In this document: positions 27,867 through 37,546 of the stretch, piece after piece
Position numbering within the stretch: the stretch's first letter is position 1
How the letters are laid out: the number at the start of each line of letters is the position of its first letter
From: Capsulimonadaceae bacterium
Lineage (GTDB): Bacteria; Armatimonadota; Armatimonadia; Armatimonadales; Capsulimonadaceae
Length of the DNA: 64,000 nt
NCBI GenBank assembly: GCA_965215505.1
Contig: OZ244065.1
Span: forward strand, 5,600,001-5,664,000
Direction: 5' to 3'
The notes under the pieces: model-generated
What the model saw: the letters and a program-made list of their open reading frames with translations, nothing else
The model's database searches: none
Told to the model about the DNA's origin: nothing
Made by a program: the position numbers and the translations under genes

Positions 27867-29153
27867 ATGATACAACGCGAAGTGCTTCCTAACGGCGTCC
27901 GCATCGTCACCGAGAACATTACCTATGTCCAATCGGTGGCTTTGGGCATCTGGGTCGGGGTGGGGGCGCGCGACGAATCCGACAAACTGCGGGGCATCTC
28001 GCACGTCATCGAGCACATGCTGTTCAAGGGGACGCCGACGCGCACCGCCCAGCAGATCGCCGATCAGATCGACTCGGTCGGGGGGGACATCAACGCCTTC
28101 ACCTCCAAAGAAAGCACCTGCTATTACGTCCGCATCCTCTCCGAACACGTTCCCCTCGCCGTTGACATCCTCACCGACATGTTCCTGAACTCCAACGTTG
28201 ACCCCGAGGAACTGGCGCGCGAGCAGAACGTCATCCTGGAAGAGATCAAGCGGCGCGACGACGAGCCGGACGACCTGGTCCACGACATGTTCGCGCAGAC
28301 CTTGTGGCCGAATCACGTCCTGGGCAAGAGCATCATCGGGACGCCCGAGACGGTTTCCAGCCTGAAATCGGCGGACCTGAAGGGCTACATGACCGAGCAT
28401 TACACGCCGGACACCATCGTCGTGGCGGCGGCGGGCAACCTGAACCACGACGAGATCGTGGCGATGGTGCGGGAGCGGCTCGGGCACCTGACCGGCAGCA
28501 AGTCCGACTGGCGCGCGCCGGACACGACGCCGTTGTTCACGCCCGAAACCATTTACATCGAGAAGCCCATCGAGCAGGTCAACCTTGTCATCGGGGCACC
28601 CGGCTACTCGCAGCTTTCCGACGACAAGTACAAGCTTTCTATCCTGGACAACGTGCTGGGTGGCTCCATGAGCAGCCGTCTGTTCCAGGAGATCCGCGAG
28701 AAGCGCGGCCTGGCCTACTCGGTCGGGTCGTACTCGCAGTCCTATCGGGAGGGCGGCTACTTCGGCGTCTACTCCGGCACCAGCGCCAAGACGGCGGAGC
28801 AGGTCATTGATCTGGTCCGGGCGGAGTTCAAGAACGTCCACAAGAACAACATCACCCAGAAGGAGCTGGACCGGTCCAAGAACCAGTTCCGTGGGTCGAT
28901 CGTGATGAGCCAGGAAGGGATGAACTCGCGCATGATGCGGATCGGGCGCAATGAGCTGACCTACGACCGCGTCATCCCCGTCGAGGAGATCATGGACAAG
29001 ATCGTCGCCGTGACGCTCGACGACATCGCCGAGGTTTCGGAGTACCTTTTCGGGCGCGACGAGTACGCGATGGCGACGGTCGGCCCGTTCACCAAGGACG
29101 GCGCGACGATTGTCGAGGAAGAGGAAGACGGCGGCGAAGAGGCGGCGCAATGA
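27867..29153 (+). CDS. M16 (pitrilysin) family zinc peptidase
   Basis: GISHVIEHMLFKGT (HxxEH), NAFTS, LGGSMSSRLFQEIREKRGLAY. Confidence 0.95.
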   Translation: MIQREVLPNGVRIVTENITYVQSVALGIWVGVGARDESDKLRGISHVIEHMLFKGTPTRTAQQIADQIDSVGGDINAFTSKESTCYYVRILSEHVPLAVDILTDMFLNSNVDPEELAREQNVILEEIKRRDDEPDDLVHDMFAQTLWPNHVLGKSIIGTPETVSSLKSADLKGYMTEHYTPDTIVVAAAGNLNHDEIVAMVRERLGHLTGSKSDWRAPDTTPLFTPETIYIEKPIEQVNLVIGAPGYSQLSDDKYKLSILDNVLGGSMSSRLFQEIREKRGLAYSVGSYSQSYREGGYFGVYSGTSAKTAEQVIDLVRAEFKNVHKNNITQKELDRSKNQFRGSIVMSQEGMNSRMMRIGRNELTYDRVIPVEEIMDKIVAVTLDDIAEVSEYLFGRDEYAMATVGPFTKDGATIVEEEEDGGEEAAQ

Positions 29154-29911
29154 CGGACCGGATCACGGTCGCCGTCTCGGGGGCGCTGGGCCGCATGGGG
29201 CGTGAGGTCGTTGCCGCCGTCAGCGCCGAGCCGGACCTCCAACTTGTGGCTGAAACGGACAGGGACGACAATCTGGGGGACGTGCTGGGCCGGACGAAGC
29301 CCAGTGCCTTGGTGGACTTCTCAGTCCCCGAAGCTGTCATGGGCAACATCGAGGCCGCCCTGGTTGCCCATGTCGTCCCCATCGTTGGCACGACCGGCCT
29401 GTCGCCGGGTGATGTCGCCCATGTCCGCGACCTGTGCCGCCGTCACGGGTGCGGCGCGCTCATCGCCCCGAACTTCGCCATCGGCGCGGTCCTGATGATG
29501 CAGTTCGCCCGGCTGGCGGCGAAGCACATGCCCGACGCCGAGATCATCGAAATGCACCACGAGAAGAAGCTGGATGCGCCTTCCGGGACGGCTGCCAAGA
29601 CCGCCGAGATGATCGCTGAGGGCCGGGCCAGTGCCGCCCCGACGCCGCTCCCCGCCGATGCCTTCGAGAAGATCCCCGGCTCGCGCGGCGGCAAGGGGGT
29701 GGGGGACGTTCCCGTCCATTCCGTCCGCCTGCCCGGCTTCGTCGCCTCCCAGATGGTCATCTTCGGCGGCCTGGGCCAGACCTTGACCTTGCGGCACGAC
29801 TCGATAGACCGCAAATCCTTTATGCCCGGCGTCCTGCTCGCCGTCCGCCACGCGCCCGCCCTGGCCGCCAACGGCGGCGAACTGGTCTATGGGCTGGAGA
29901 ACTTGCTGTAG
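29150..29911 (+). CDS. dapB: 4-hydroxy-tetrahydrodipicolinate reductase
   Basis: GALGRMG, VGTTG, APNFAIG, EMHHEKKLDAPSGTA. Confidence 0.97.
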   Translation: MTDRITVAVSGALGRMGREVVAAVSAEPDLQLVAETDRDDNLGDVLGRTKPSALVDFSVPEAVMGNIEAALVAHVVPIVGTTGLSPGDVAHVRDLCRRHGCGALIAPNFAIGAVLMMQFARLAAKHMPDAEIIEMHHEKKLDAPSGTAAKTAEMIAEGRASAAPTPLPADAFEKIPGSRGGKGVGDVPVHSVRLPGFVASQMVIFGGLGQTLTLRHDSIDRKSFMPGVLLAVRHAPALAANGGELVYGLENLL

Positions 29912-30010
29912 GGGCGCGATTTATCGCGCCCTCTTCCTTTATCGCGCCTGACGGGAGGGCGGGGGAACCCCGCCCCTACGATGTCGCGTAGGGGTCGGGT
30001 TCCCCGACCC
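29908..30010. repeat. Cluster of three GTAG-type REP-like palindromes
   Basis: 29908-29931 (+), 29957-29979 (-), 29988-30010 (+). Confidence 0.8.
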
Positions 30011-30797
30011 TTTCTTTTGCCTTCCCCATCTCCCGCCTCAGCGCCCGCTCCCGCCACCGCAGGCGCAGCGGCATGATCAGCGACTCCCACACGACCCCTT
30101 TGGACAGCTTCGACTGGCCCGCGCGCCGCTCCATGAAGATGATCGGCACTTCGGTGATCCCGAAGCCCGCGACTTGCGCCCGGAACGTCATCTCCACCTG
30201 GAACGAGTAGCCGTTCGAGCGGACAGTCTCCAATTTGATGGCCTCCAGAACGCGCCGGTGGTACATCCGGTAGCCGCTCGTGCAGTCGTTTACGGTCAGC
30301 CGCGTCACCGTCCGCACATACCAGTTCGCGCCCCACGAAAGCAGGATGCGGCGCAGGGGCCAGTTGATGACCGAAATTCCGTTGAGATAGCGCGAGCCGA
30401 TGACCACGTCTGAGGTGCGCGCGGCCTCCACCATGCTTTGCAGGTACAAAGGGTCGTGTGACAGGTCGGCGTCCATCTCGACAACGGCCTCATAGCCCCC
30501 CGCCAATGCCCAGGCGAATCCGGCGAGGTAGGCCCGGCCCAGGCCCTCTTTCGACGCCCGGTGCAGGACGTGGACGCGGCCCCCTGCCTCCGGGGAAGCG
30601 GCCAGTGTGTCGGCGAGACGCCCGGTGCCGTCCGGAGAATTATCGTCCACGATCAGCAGGTCCACGCGGGCGGGCTGTTTCAAGACCTCATGGGCCACTT
30701 TTTCCAGGTTGTCTGCCTCATTGTAGGTCGGGACGACAACGATTGTGCGGGTTTTCGGGTATTCTAAAGACGTTTGATGGGGGACTGCTGGGGACAT
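29976..30797 (-). CDS. Polyprenol monophosphomannose synthase (GT2, Ppm1/DPM1-like)
   Basis: VPTYNE, VDDNSPDGTG, EMDADLSHDP, GSRY, DCTSGYR, GYSFQVE. Confidence 0.92.
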   Translation of the reverse strand: MSPAVPHQTSLEYPKTRTIVVVPTYNEADNLEKVAHEVLKQPARVDLLIVDDNSPDGTGRLADTLAASPEAGGRVHVLHRASKEGLGRAYLAGFAWALAGGYEAVVEMDADLSHDPLYLQSMVEAARTSDVVIGSRYLNGISVINWPLRRILLSWGANWYVRTVTRLTVNDCTSGYRMYHRRVLEAIKLETVRSNGYSFQVEMTFRAQVAGFGITEVPIIFMERRAGQSKLSKGVVWESLIMPLRLRWRERALRREMGKAKERVGEPDPYATS

Positions 30798-30859
30798 ACG
30801 CGCGTTCTTGTACCGACCTCTTCTTGAATTGACTCCAACGAATACGCTACTGGAATACG

Positions 30860-33100
30860 ATGTCGTTCGGCCGTAAAATCGCAAACCGGATCGTGCTGGC
30901 TTACCTGGTCCCGCTGGCCTTCACGCTGCTGATCGGCATCGTTCTCATCCATTTGGGTGGAGACCAGATCAAGCTGCGGGATTACGCCTTGGGCATGGTC
31001 TTCGCCCTCATCCCCGCCGTGATCATCGGACGCCTGCTGACCCAGCCGATCACGACGCACCTGGGACAACTCCGGCGCGGGGCGGAGCGGATCGAACACG
31101 GCGATTACCAGTCCCGCGTGGTCGCGAGTACGGGGGACGAGTTCGCGGACCTCGCCCGCGCTTTCAACCACATGGCGGACGTGCTGGCCCAGCGCGAGAG
31201 CGTCCTGCGCGAGCAGAACGGCGTCCTGGCGACCCTCAACCACCGGTTCGAGTCGGTCCTGAACGCCGCCAACGACGGCATCGCCATGCTGGACCGGCAG
31301 GGCCACTTCGTGCTGATTAACCGGCGTTTTGGCGAGCTGCTGGGGGGCAGGCCCGAGGCATTGCTGCGCCACACGGTGGAGGAGGCACCCCCCCTGCTCC
31401 TGGAGCGGCTGGCCCGCCTGAGCAGCCGCCTGGCCGCGCTGCTGCCCGGCGACGTGCAGGACGAGCGCGGAGTCGCCGAGGAGATCATCGCGCTCGACGG
31501 CTCGGACCAGCGCTTCTTGCAGTTCTACACGGCCCCCGTCCAGGGCGAAGACGGTCAGGAGACCATCGGCCGGATTCTTGTCCTGCGGGACGTGACGCGC
31601 GAGCGGGAGCTGGACAAGATGAAGACCGACTTCATTTCGGTCGTCTCGCACGAGCTGCGGACGCCGCTCACCAGCATCAAGGGCTATACGGACTTGCTGC
31701 TGTCCGGGGCGACCGGTGAGGTGTCCGAGCTGCAAGCGGAGTTCCTGGGCATCATCCAGAGCAGCACGACGCGGCTCTCTAACTTGATCAACGACATCCT
31801 GGACATCTCGCGGATCGAGTCCGGCAGCATCCAGATCAAGCACGAGCCGATCGACTACCGCCGCATCGTTTCGGACACACTGCGGCTGATGAAGGCCGCC
31901 GCCGACGAGAAGCAGATCAGCATGGATGCGAGCCTGCCCGAATCCATCCCGCCGGTCCGGGGCGACACGGACAAAGTGACGCAGGTCCTGGCGAACCTCG
32001 TTTCCAATGCCATCAAGTATACCCCACACGGGGGCTGGGTCAAGGTCAGCCTGGAAGTCACCGGCGAGAGCAGCGTCACGACCTGTGTTGCGGACAGCGG
32101 CATCGGGGTGACAGACGAGGATCAGGCCAAGCTGTTCCAGAAGTTCTTCCGGGCCGATAACACCAGCACGCGGGAGGCGGGCGGGACCGGCCTGGGCCTG
32201 GTCATCGCCAAGACGATCATCGAACTGCTCGGCGGCGCGATCTGGGTGGAGAGCGAGCCGGGACGGGGCAGCCGCTTCTCGTTCACCCTGCCGCTCTTCC
32301 CCGAGGCGGCGGGCGGGTCCGCGCCCGCCCCGGTCGCCCTGCCGGATCGGGGCATCGGCCTGGTCCTGATCGTGGACGACGACGGCTACGTCCGCAGCCT
32401 GATCCGCCACGCCCTGCACCGGCGCGGATACGGCACGCTGGAGGCCGGGGACGCGCGGGAGGCGCAGCAGAAGGCGCGGCTTCACAAGCCCGATGCCATC
32501 ACGCTGGACATGATGATGCCGGACATGGAAGGCCTGCGCGCCCTGCGCGCGCTCAAGGAGGACCGGGCCACGTCGCCGATCCCGATCATCGTCCTCTCCG
32601 TGCTGGGCGACCCCGCGCGGGGGGAGCTGGCGATGGGCGCGTTCTCGTTCCTGCAAAAGCCGCTGTCGTCTCTGGAGCTTTCGTCGGTCATCGCCGCCGC
32701 CCTGCATGGGAAGCCGGCCGGTAAGGCGCTGGGGGTCTGCGGGCGGGACGCGGCCGTCTGCGAGGATCTGGAAGGGGCGGCAGCACGGCTGCGAACCGAA
32801 GGGATCACGCTCCACCTGGCCGCGACCGCGCCGGACGCCGTCGCGTATGTCATCACCGAGTCGCCTGCGCTCATCCTGCTCGACTCGGAGGCGTCCGACC
32901 GTGAGCTGTTCGAGTTGCTGAACGCCCTGAAGGCCGAGGAAGAGGCCGCCCGCATCCCGATCGTCCTGCTGACCGAGGACGTCTCGCAGGAAGGCTTGCA
33001 CTTCCATACCGGCGCGGCGGCGGACAACACGGCCCTGCTGGACTATCTGTGTGAACAACTCCACCGAGTCCTCTTGACGCCCGAGATGCGGGTGAAGTGA
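30860..33100 (+). CDS. Hybrid sensor histidine kinase (2TM-HAMP-PAS-HisKA-HATPase-REC-REC-like)
   Basis: DEFADLARAFN, SHELRTPLTSI, NLVSNAIKYT, DSGIG, GGTGLGL, LIVDDD..TLDMMMP. Confidence 0.95.
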   Translation: MSFGRKIANRIVLAYLVPLAFTLLIGIVLIHLGGDQIKLRDYALGMVFALIPAVIIGRLLTQPITTHLGQLRRGAERIEHGDYQSRVVASTGDEFADLARAFNHMADVLAQRESVLREQNGVLATLNHRFESVLNAANDGIAMLDRQGHFVLINRRFGELLGGRPEALLRHTVEEAPPLLLERLARLSSRLAALLPGDVQDERGVAEEIIALDGSDQRFLQFYTAPVQGEDGQETIGRILVLRDVTRERELDKMKTDFISVVSHELRTPLTSIKGYTDLLLSGATGEVSELQAEFLGIIQSSTTRLSNLINDILDISRIESGSIQIKHEPIDYRRIVSDTLRLMKAAADEKQISMDASLPESIPPVRGDTDKVTQVLANLVSNAIKYTPHGGWVKVSLEVTGESSVTTCVADSGIGVTDEDQAKLFQKFFRADNTSTREAGGTGLGLVIAKTIIELLGGAIWVESEPGRGSRFSFTLPLFPEAAGGSAPAPVALPDRGIGLVLIVDDDGYVRSLIRHALHRRGYGTLEAGDAREAQQKARLHKPDAITLDMMMPDMEGLRALRALKEDRATSPIPIIVLSVLGDPARGELAMGAFSFLQKPLSSLELSSVIAAALHGKPAGKALGVCGRDAAVCEDLEGAAARLRTEGITLHLAATAPDAVAYVITESPALILLDSEASDRELFELLNALKAEEEAARIPIVLLTEDVSQEGLHFHTGAAADNTALLDYLCEQLHRVLLTPEMRVK

Positions 33101-33115
33101 AGGAAGCTGAGTACT

Positions 33116-34156
33116 ATGCCTGAGTATAACGTCGCCGTCGTCGGCGCGGGCGTCGTCGGCAAGGAGATGCTGCGCGTTCTCGCCGAACACCATTTCCCGG
33201 CGCGGGAGGTTCGCGTCCTGGCCCGGAGCGAGCGGACGCTGACGGTGGACGGTCGCGACTACGAAGTCCGCGCCACCACCCCGGAGGCCTTTGACGGGGT
33301 ACACATCGCCCTGTTCGCCGGGACCGAGGGCGAGAAGGGGGCGGCCGTCACCTTCGGCCCGGAGGCGGTCCGGCGCGGCGCGGTCATCATTGACAACGGT
33401 GCGGACTTCCGGATGCGCCCCGACGTCCCGCTCGTCGTCCCCGAGGTCAACGCCGAGGCCCTGAAACGGCACGAGGGCATCGTCGCCAACCCGAACTGCT
33501 CGACGGCCCAGCTCGTCCTCGCCCTCAAGCCGCTGCACGACGCCGTGCGCGTCACGCGCGTTCTCGTCGCCACCTACCAGGCCGTGTCCGGCGCGGGCGG
33601 CGCGGCGGCGGAGGAGCTGAAGGACCAGAACATCGCGCTGTCCGAGGGCCGCGCCATCACGCAGCCCGGCCCGGCCTTCGCGGTCCAGATCGCCGCGAAC
33701 GTCATCCCGCAGATCGGCGGCTTCGACGAGGCGGGCTACACGTCCGAGGAGATGAAGCTGGTCCACGAGACGCACAAGATCATGGGCGACGACACCATCC
33801 GGATCACGCCCATCGTCGCTGCCCGCGTCCCGGTCTTCGTCGGCCATTCCGAGGCGGTCTACATCGAAACCGAGCGGCCCATCACGCCCGCCGAGGCCCG
33901 CGCCCTCTGGCATGACGCGCCCGGCATCGGCGTCCTGGACGAAACCGGCGGGGATGACCCGTACCGCGCCTACCCGACCCCGCTGATGGCGGCGGGCAAG
34001 GACACGACCTATGTGGGACGCATCCGGCAGGATTTGGGCAGCCCGAACGGCCTGAACTTCTGGGTCGTCAGCGACAACCTGCGGAAAGGCGCGGCGACGA
34101 ACGCCGTCCAGATCGCCGAGAGCCTTGTAGCGCAGAACCTTTTGAGGAAGAACTAA
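33116..34156 (+). CDS. asd: Aspartate-semialdehyde dehydrogenase
   Basis: PLVVPEVN, ANPNCST, TYQAVSGAG, RVPVFVGHSE, DNLRKGAATNAVQIAE. Confidence 0.97.
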   Translation: MPEYNVAVVGAGVVGKEMLRVLAEHHFPAREVRVLARSERTLTVDGRDYEVRATTPEAFDGVHIALFAGTEGEKGAAVTFGPEAVRRGAVIIDNGADFRMRPDVPLVVPEVNAEALKRHEGIVANPNCSTAQLVLALKPLHDAVRVTRVLVATYQAVSGAGGAAAEELKDQNIALSEGRAITQPGPAFAVQIAANVIPQIGGFDEAGYTSEEMKLVHETHKIMGDDTIRITPIVAARVPVFVGHSEAVYIETERPITPAEARALWHDAPGIGVLDETGGDDPYRAYPTPLMAAGKDTTYVGRIRQDLGSPNGLNFWVVSDNLRKGAATNAVQIAESLVAQNLLRKN

Positions 34157-35058
34157 TGGCAAGCCCCGAGCCGATCTTTGGCCGCGTCCTGACCGCCATG
34201 ATCACTCCCTTCGACGCGGCGGGGAACGTGGATTACGCTGAGGCCGCGCACATCGCGCAGTGGCTGACCGAACACGGCTCGGACGGGCTGGTCGTCACCG
34301 GCACCACCGGCGAGAGCGCGACCCTGAGCCTGGACGAGAAGATGCGGATGTACGAAACCGTCGTCAAGGCCGTCGGTGGTCAGGCCAAAGTCCTGGCCGG
34401 GACGGGCAGCTACGACACCGCCGAGACGGTGGAACTGACGCGGGCGGCCTCCGAAACGGGCATAGACGGCCTGCTCGTCGTCACCCCCTACTACAATCGG
34501 CCCTCCCAGGAGGGCCTGTACCAGCATTATCAGGCTGTCGCGGGGGCTACCGCACTCCCCATAATGCTCTACAATGTCCCGGCCCGCACCGGGATCAACC
34601 TGGAAGCGGCGACTGTGCTGCGCCTAACCCAAATCGAGAACATCGTCGCCGTGAAAGAGGCCAGCAAACTGCTGGACCAGGTCGGCGAGATCATCGCGGG
34701 CGCACCCGAAGGCTTCCAGGTCTATGGCGGGGCCGACGAGGTCAATCTGCCCATCCTCGCGCTCGGGGGTGTCGGCAACGTCAGTGTGATCTCACACGTC
34801 GTCGGCCCTGACCTCCAGAAGATGCACCAGGCGTTCTTCCAGGGCGACCTGGAAACCGCCCGCCGGATTCACCTGGACACGCTGCCCATCACGCGGGCGA
34901 TGTTCATCGCCCCCTCCCCCGTCCCGACCAAGACGGCCCTCGCGATGATGGACGTCCTGCCGTCCAGCCGCGTCCGCCTGCCTCTGGTCGAAGCCAATGA
35001 GAAAGAACGCGGCCTCATTCACGCCGCACTGAAAGACTATGGGCTGCTGCGCGGCTGA
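34156..35058 (+). CDS. dapA: 4-hydroxy-tetrahydrodipicolinate synthase
   Basis: GTTGES, PYYNRP, YNVPARTG, AVKEAS. Confidence 0.97.
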   Translation: MASPEPIFGRVLTAMITPFDAAGNVDYAEAAHIAQWLTEHGSDGLVVTGTTGESATLSLDEKMRMYETVVKAVGGQAKVLAGTGSYDTAETVELTRAASETGIDGLLVVTPYYNRPSQEGLYQHYQAVAGATALPIMLYNVPARTGINLEAATVLRLTQIENIVAVKEASKLLDQVGEIIAGAPEGFQVYGGADEVNLPILALGGVGNVSVISHVVGPDLQKMHQAFFQGDLETARRIHLDTLPITRAMFIAPSPVPTKTALAMMDVLPSSRVRLPLVEANEKERGLIHAALKDYGLLRG

Positions 35059-35082
35059 CGCCGCCAAGCCCGAAACGAGATT

Positions 35083-36807
35083 ATGACAACACAAAACACC
35101 AAAACACGCTCCGGCAAGCCGAATGCCGGCGCTGCGGCTGCCAAAGCAAACACCCGCACACTCCAGATCATCCCCCTCGGCGGCATCGGCGAGATCGGCA
35201 AGAACATGACCGCCGTCCGCTGCGGCGACGAGATCCTCGTCATTGACTGCGGCCTGGCCTTCCCCGGCGCGGACCAGCTCGGGGTTGACCTGGTCATCCC
35301 CGATATTTCCTACCTGCTCGAACACAAGGAGATGGTCAAAGGCATCATCCTGACCCACGGCCATGAGGACCACATCGGGTCATTGGCCTTCGTCCTGCGG
35401 CAGCTCAACGTCCCCGTCTACGGCACACGGCTCACCATCGGCTTCACGAAAGGCAAGCTGAGTGAGTACAAGGTGCTGGACAAGGCCAAGCTGCACACCT
35501 TCAACGCCGAAGACCGGTTCAAGGTCGGGAGCTTCGACGTCGAGCCGTTCCGCGTCGCGCACTCCATCCCCGACGCCGTCGGCTTTGCCGTCCACACACC
35601 GGCGGGGACACTGGTCCACACAGGCGACTTCAAGTTCGACCAGACGCCCGTGGACGGCCAGCTCTTCGACATCGCCCGCCTGACCCGCATCGGCCAGGAG
35701 GGGGTTCTCGTCCTGCTGTCCGACTGCACGAACGTCGAGCGGCCCGGCTTCGTGCCTTCGGAGCGCAACGTCGGGGATGCCTTCGATGCCATCTTCAAGG
35801 ACGCCCCGCGACGCATCATCATGGCCTGCTTCGCCTCCAACGTCCACCGGGTCCAGCAGGCGATTGACTTCTCGGTCAAGTATGGCCGCAAGGTCGCCCT
35901 GATGGGCCGCTCGATGGAGCGGAACATGGACATGGCCCAGCAGATGGGCTACCTGCGTGTGCCGGAGGGCACGCGCATCCGGGCCGACGAGATCGAAGAC
36001 TACTTCCCGCAGCAGGTGACGGTCATCACGACCGGCTCCCAGGGCGAGCCGATGGCCGCCCTCTCGCGCATCGCCGTGGATGACCACCGCAAGCTCAAGA
36101 TCGTGGCGGGCGACTCCGTCATCCTGTCCGCCTCGGCCATTCCGGGCAACGAGGACGCCGTGTACCGGACGATCAACCACCTGTTCCGGCGCGGCGCGAA
36201 CGTCTTCTATGACAGCATCGCCAAGGTCCACGTCTCCGGCCACGGCTACTCCGAAGAGCTGAAACTGATGCTCAACATCGTCGAGCCGCAGTACGTCATG
36301 CCCGTCCACGGCGAGTACCGGATGCTGCACATGTACTCCAAGATCGCCGAGGACATGGGCTGGCCGCCCGAGGACATCATCCGGGCGGAGATCGGCGACA
36401 TCGTCGAGGTCGGCGAGGACGTGGCCGGCGTCGTGGGCCGCGTCGAGAAGAGCGGCGCGGTCCTCATTGACGGCACCGGCATCGGCGACGTCAGCGACAT
36501 CGTCCTGCGCGACCGCATGCACATCGGGACGGACGGGTTCCTGGTCCTGGTCGTCGGCATCTCCCAGGAGACCGGCGAGATCGTTTCCGGCCCCGAGGTC
36601 ATCTCGCGCGGCTTCGTCTACATGGACAAGTCCGAGGAGCTGGTCGAGCAGATCAAGCAGGTCATCATCGAGAAGATCAAGAACCTGCCCGAAGAGGACA
36701 ACGACTGGCTGGTCGTCCAGCAGGACCTGCGCGACGCCGTCGGCAAGTTCCTGTACAAGAAGACCGCCCGCCGCCCCATGATCCTGCCGATCCTGCTGGA
36801 TCTGTGA
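35083..36807 (+). CDS. rnj: Ribonuclease J
   Basis: PLGGIGEIGKN, THGHEDHIG, TGDFKFD, TGSQGEP, HVSGH, PVHGE. Confidence 0.97.
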   Translation: MTTQNTKTRSGKPNAGAAAAKANTRTLQIIPLGGIGEIGKNMTAVRCGDEILVIDCGLAFPGADQLGVDLVIPDISYLLEHKEMVKGIILTHGHEDHIGSLAFVLRQLNVPVYGTRLTIGFTKGKLSEYKVLDKAKLHTFNAEDRFKVGSFDVEPFRVAHSIPDAVGFAVHTPAGTLVHTGDFKFDQTPVDGQLFDIARLTRIGQEGVLVLLSDCTNVERPGFVPSERNVGDAFDAIFKDAPRRIIMACFASNVHRVQQAIDFSVKYGRKVALMGRSMERNMDMAQQMGYLRVPEGTRIRADEIEDYFPQQVTVITTGSQGEPMAALSRIAVDDHRKLKIVAGDSVILSASAIPGNEDAVYRTINHLFRRGANVFYDSIAKVHVSGHGYSEELKLMLNIVEPQYVMPVHGEYRMLHMYSKIAEDMGWPPEDIIRAEIGDIVEVGEDVAGVVGRVEKSGAVLIDGTGIGDVSDIVLRDRMHIGTDGFLVLVVGISQETGEIVSGPEVISRGFVYMDKSEELVEQIKQVIIEKIKNLPEEDNDWLVVQQDLRDAVGKFLYKKTARRPMILPILLDL

Positions 36808-36831
36808 GGCACCGCCACCGAGGCAGATGCT

Positions 36832-37038
36832 ATGGCCGACTCGGAAGAGCATGAAGACATCGTGTGGGATATGGAGGAAGACGCGGACCTACGCGCCGCC
36901 GCCCAGGAAACATGGGGTTTCTGGCATAACCCCGTGGACGACGCCGTTTGGAATGAAGGGGGTGAGGCTGACAAGGGCCTGCCCCAAGGAGAAACCCCAT
37001 GGTCATCGGCAGAATCGGCGCGGACCTGCGCCCCATAG
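36832..37038 (+). CDS. Small acidic hypothetical protein
   Basis: 68-aa ORF; FWHNPVDDAVWN resembles the tails of small antitoxin-like proteins. Confidence 0.45.
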   Translation: MADSEEHEDIVWDMEEDADLRAAAQETWGFWHNPVDDAVWNEGGEADKGLPQGETPWSSAESARTCAP

Positions 37039-37373
37039 TCCCGATCGTCGTCCAGGGCGCGGACGGGCAGGAGCGGAAAATCCCCGTCCTGCTCTCCACC
37101 GGCTTCGGCGAGGCCCTGCTCCTGCCCCCCGCCGAGGTCGCCGCGCTGGGCCTGCCGCAGACGGGGGCGCGCACGGTCCAATTTCCCGACGGCAGCAGTG
37201 TCGTGGCGACCATCCACCCGGCCCGCATCCTGCTGGCGGGCGAGGCACGAGACGTGGACATCCTGGCCGGCGGCTGGGAGCCGCGCATGGGGATGCATCT
37301 GCTGCAAGGCTGCCGCATCAGCATGAGGTTCCGGGAAGGTGAGGCGGTCAACGTGGAGCGCCTGGAGGCGTAG
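36999..37373 (+). CDS. Clan AA aspartic-protease-like protein with a degenerate active site
   Basis: RBS AAGGAG; LLSTGF in place of xxDTGF; MGMHLL in place of LIGMxLL. Confidence 0.7.
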   Translation: MVIGRIGADLRPIVPIVVQGADGQERKIPVLLSTGFGEALLLPPAEVAALGLPQTGARTVQFPDGSSVVATIHPARILLAGEARDVDILAGGWEPRMGMHLLQGCRISMRFREGEAVNVERLEA

Positions 37374-37546
37374 GCCAGCCTGGACTGAAGTACGGTCCGG
37401 CCCCAGAGCGACCCGGCCCTGAAGGGCCGGTCTAGGGTTTTATTGGGGTACTCCCGGCTGCGCCGGCGGGCCGCCCCCTTCGGGGCTTCGGAGACGCCTC
37501 CTGTGGCTCCTTGAAGGCTCTCGACCCGCGCGACCTCTAACGAGAC

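Noticed and set aside
30764-34162. 1132-aa minus-strand ORF, and similar long antisense ORFs (137-1879, 10621-12420, 22060-23679, 35380-36852, 48172-50352, 62750-63928)
   Set aside because: These are shadow frames of well-supported plus-strand genes in high-GC DNA and show no recognisable motifs.
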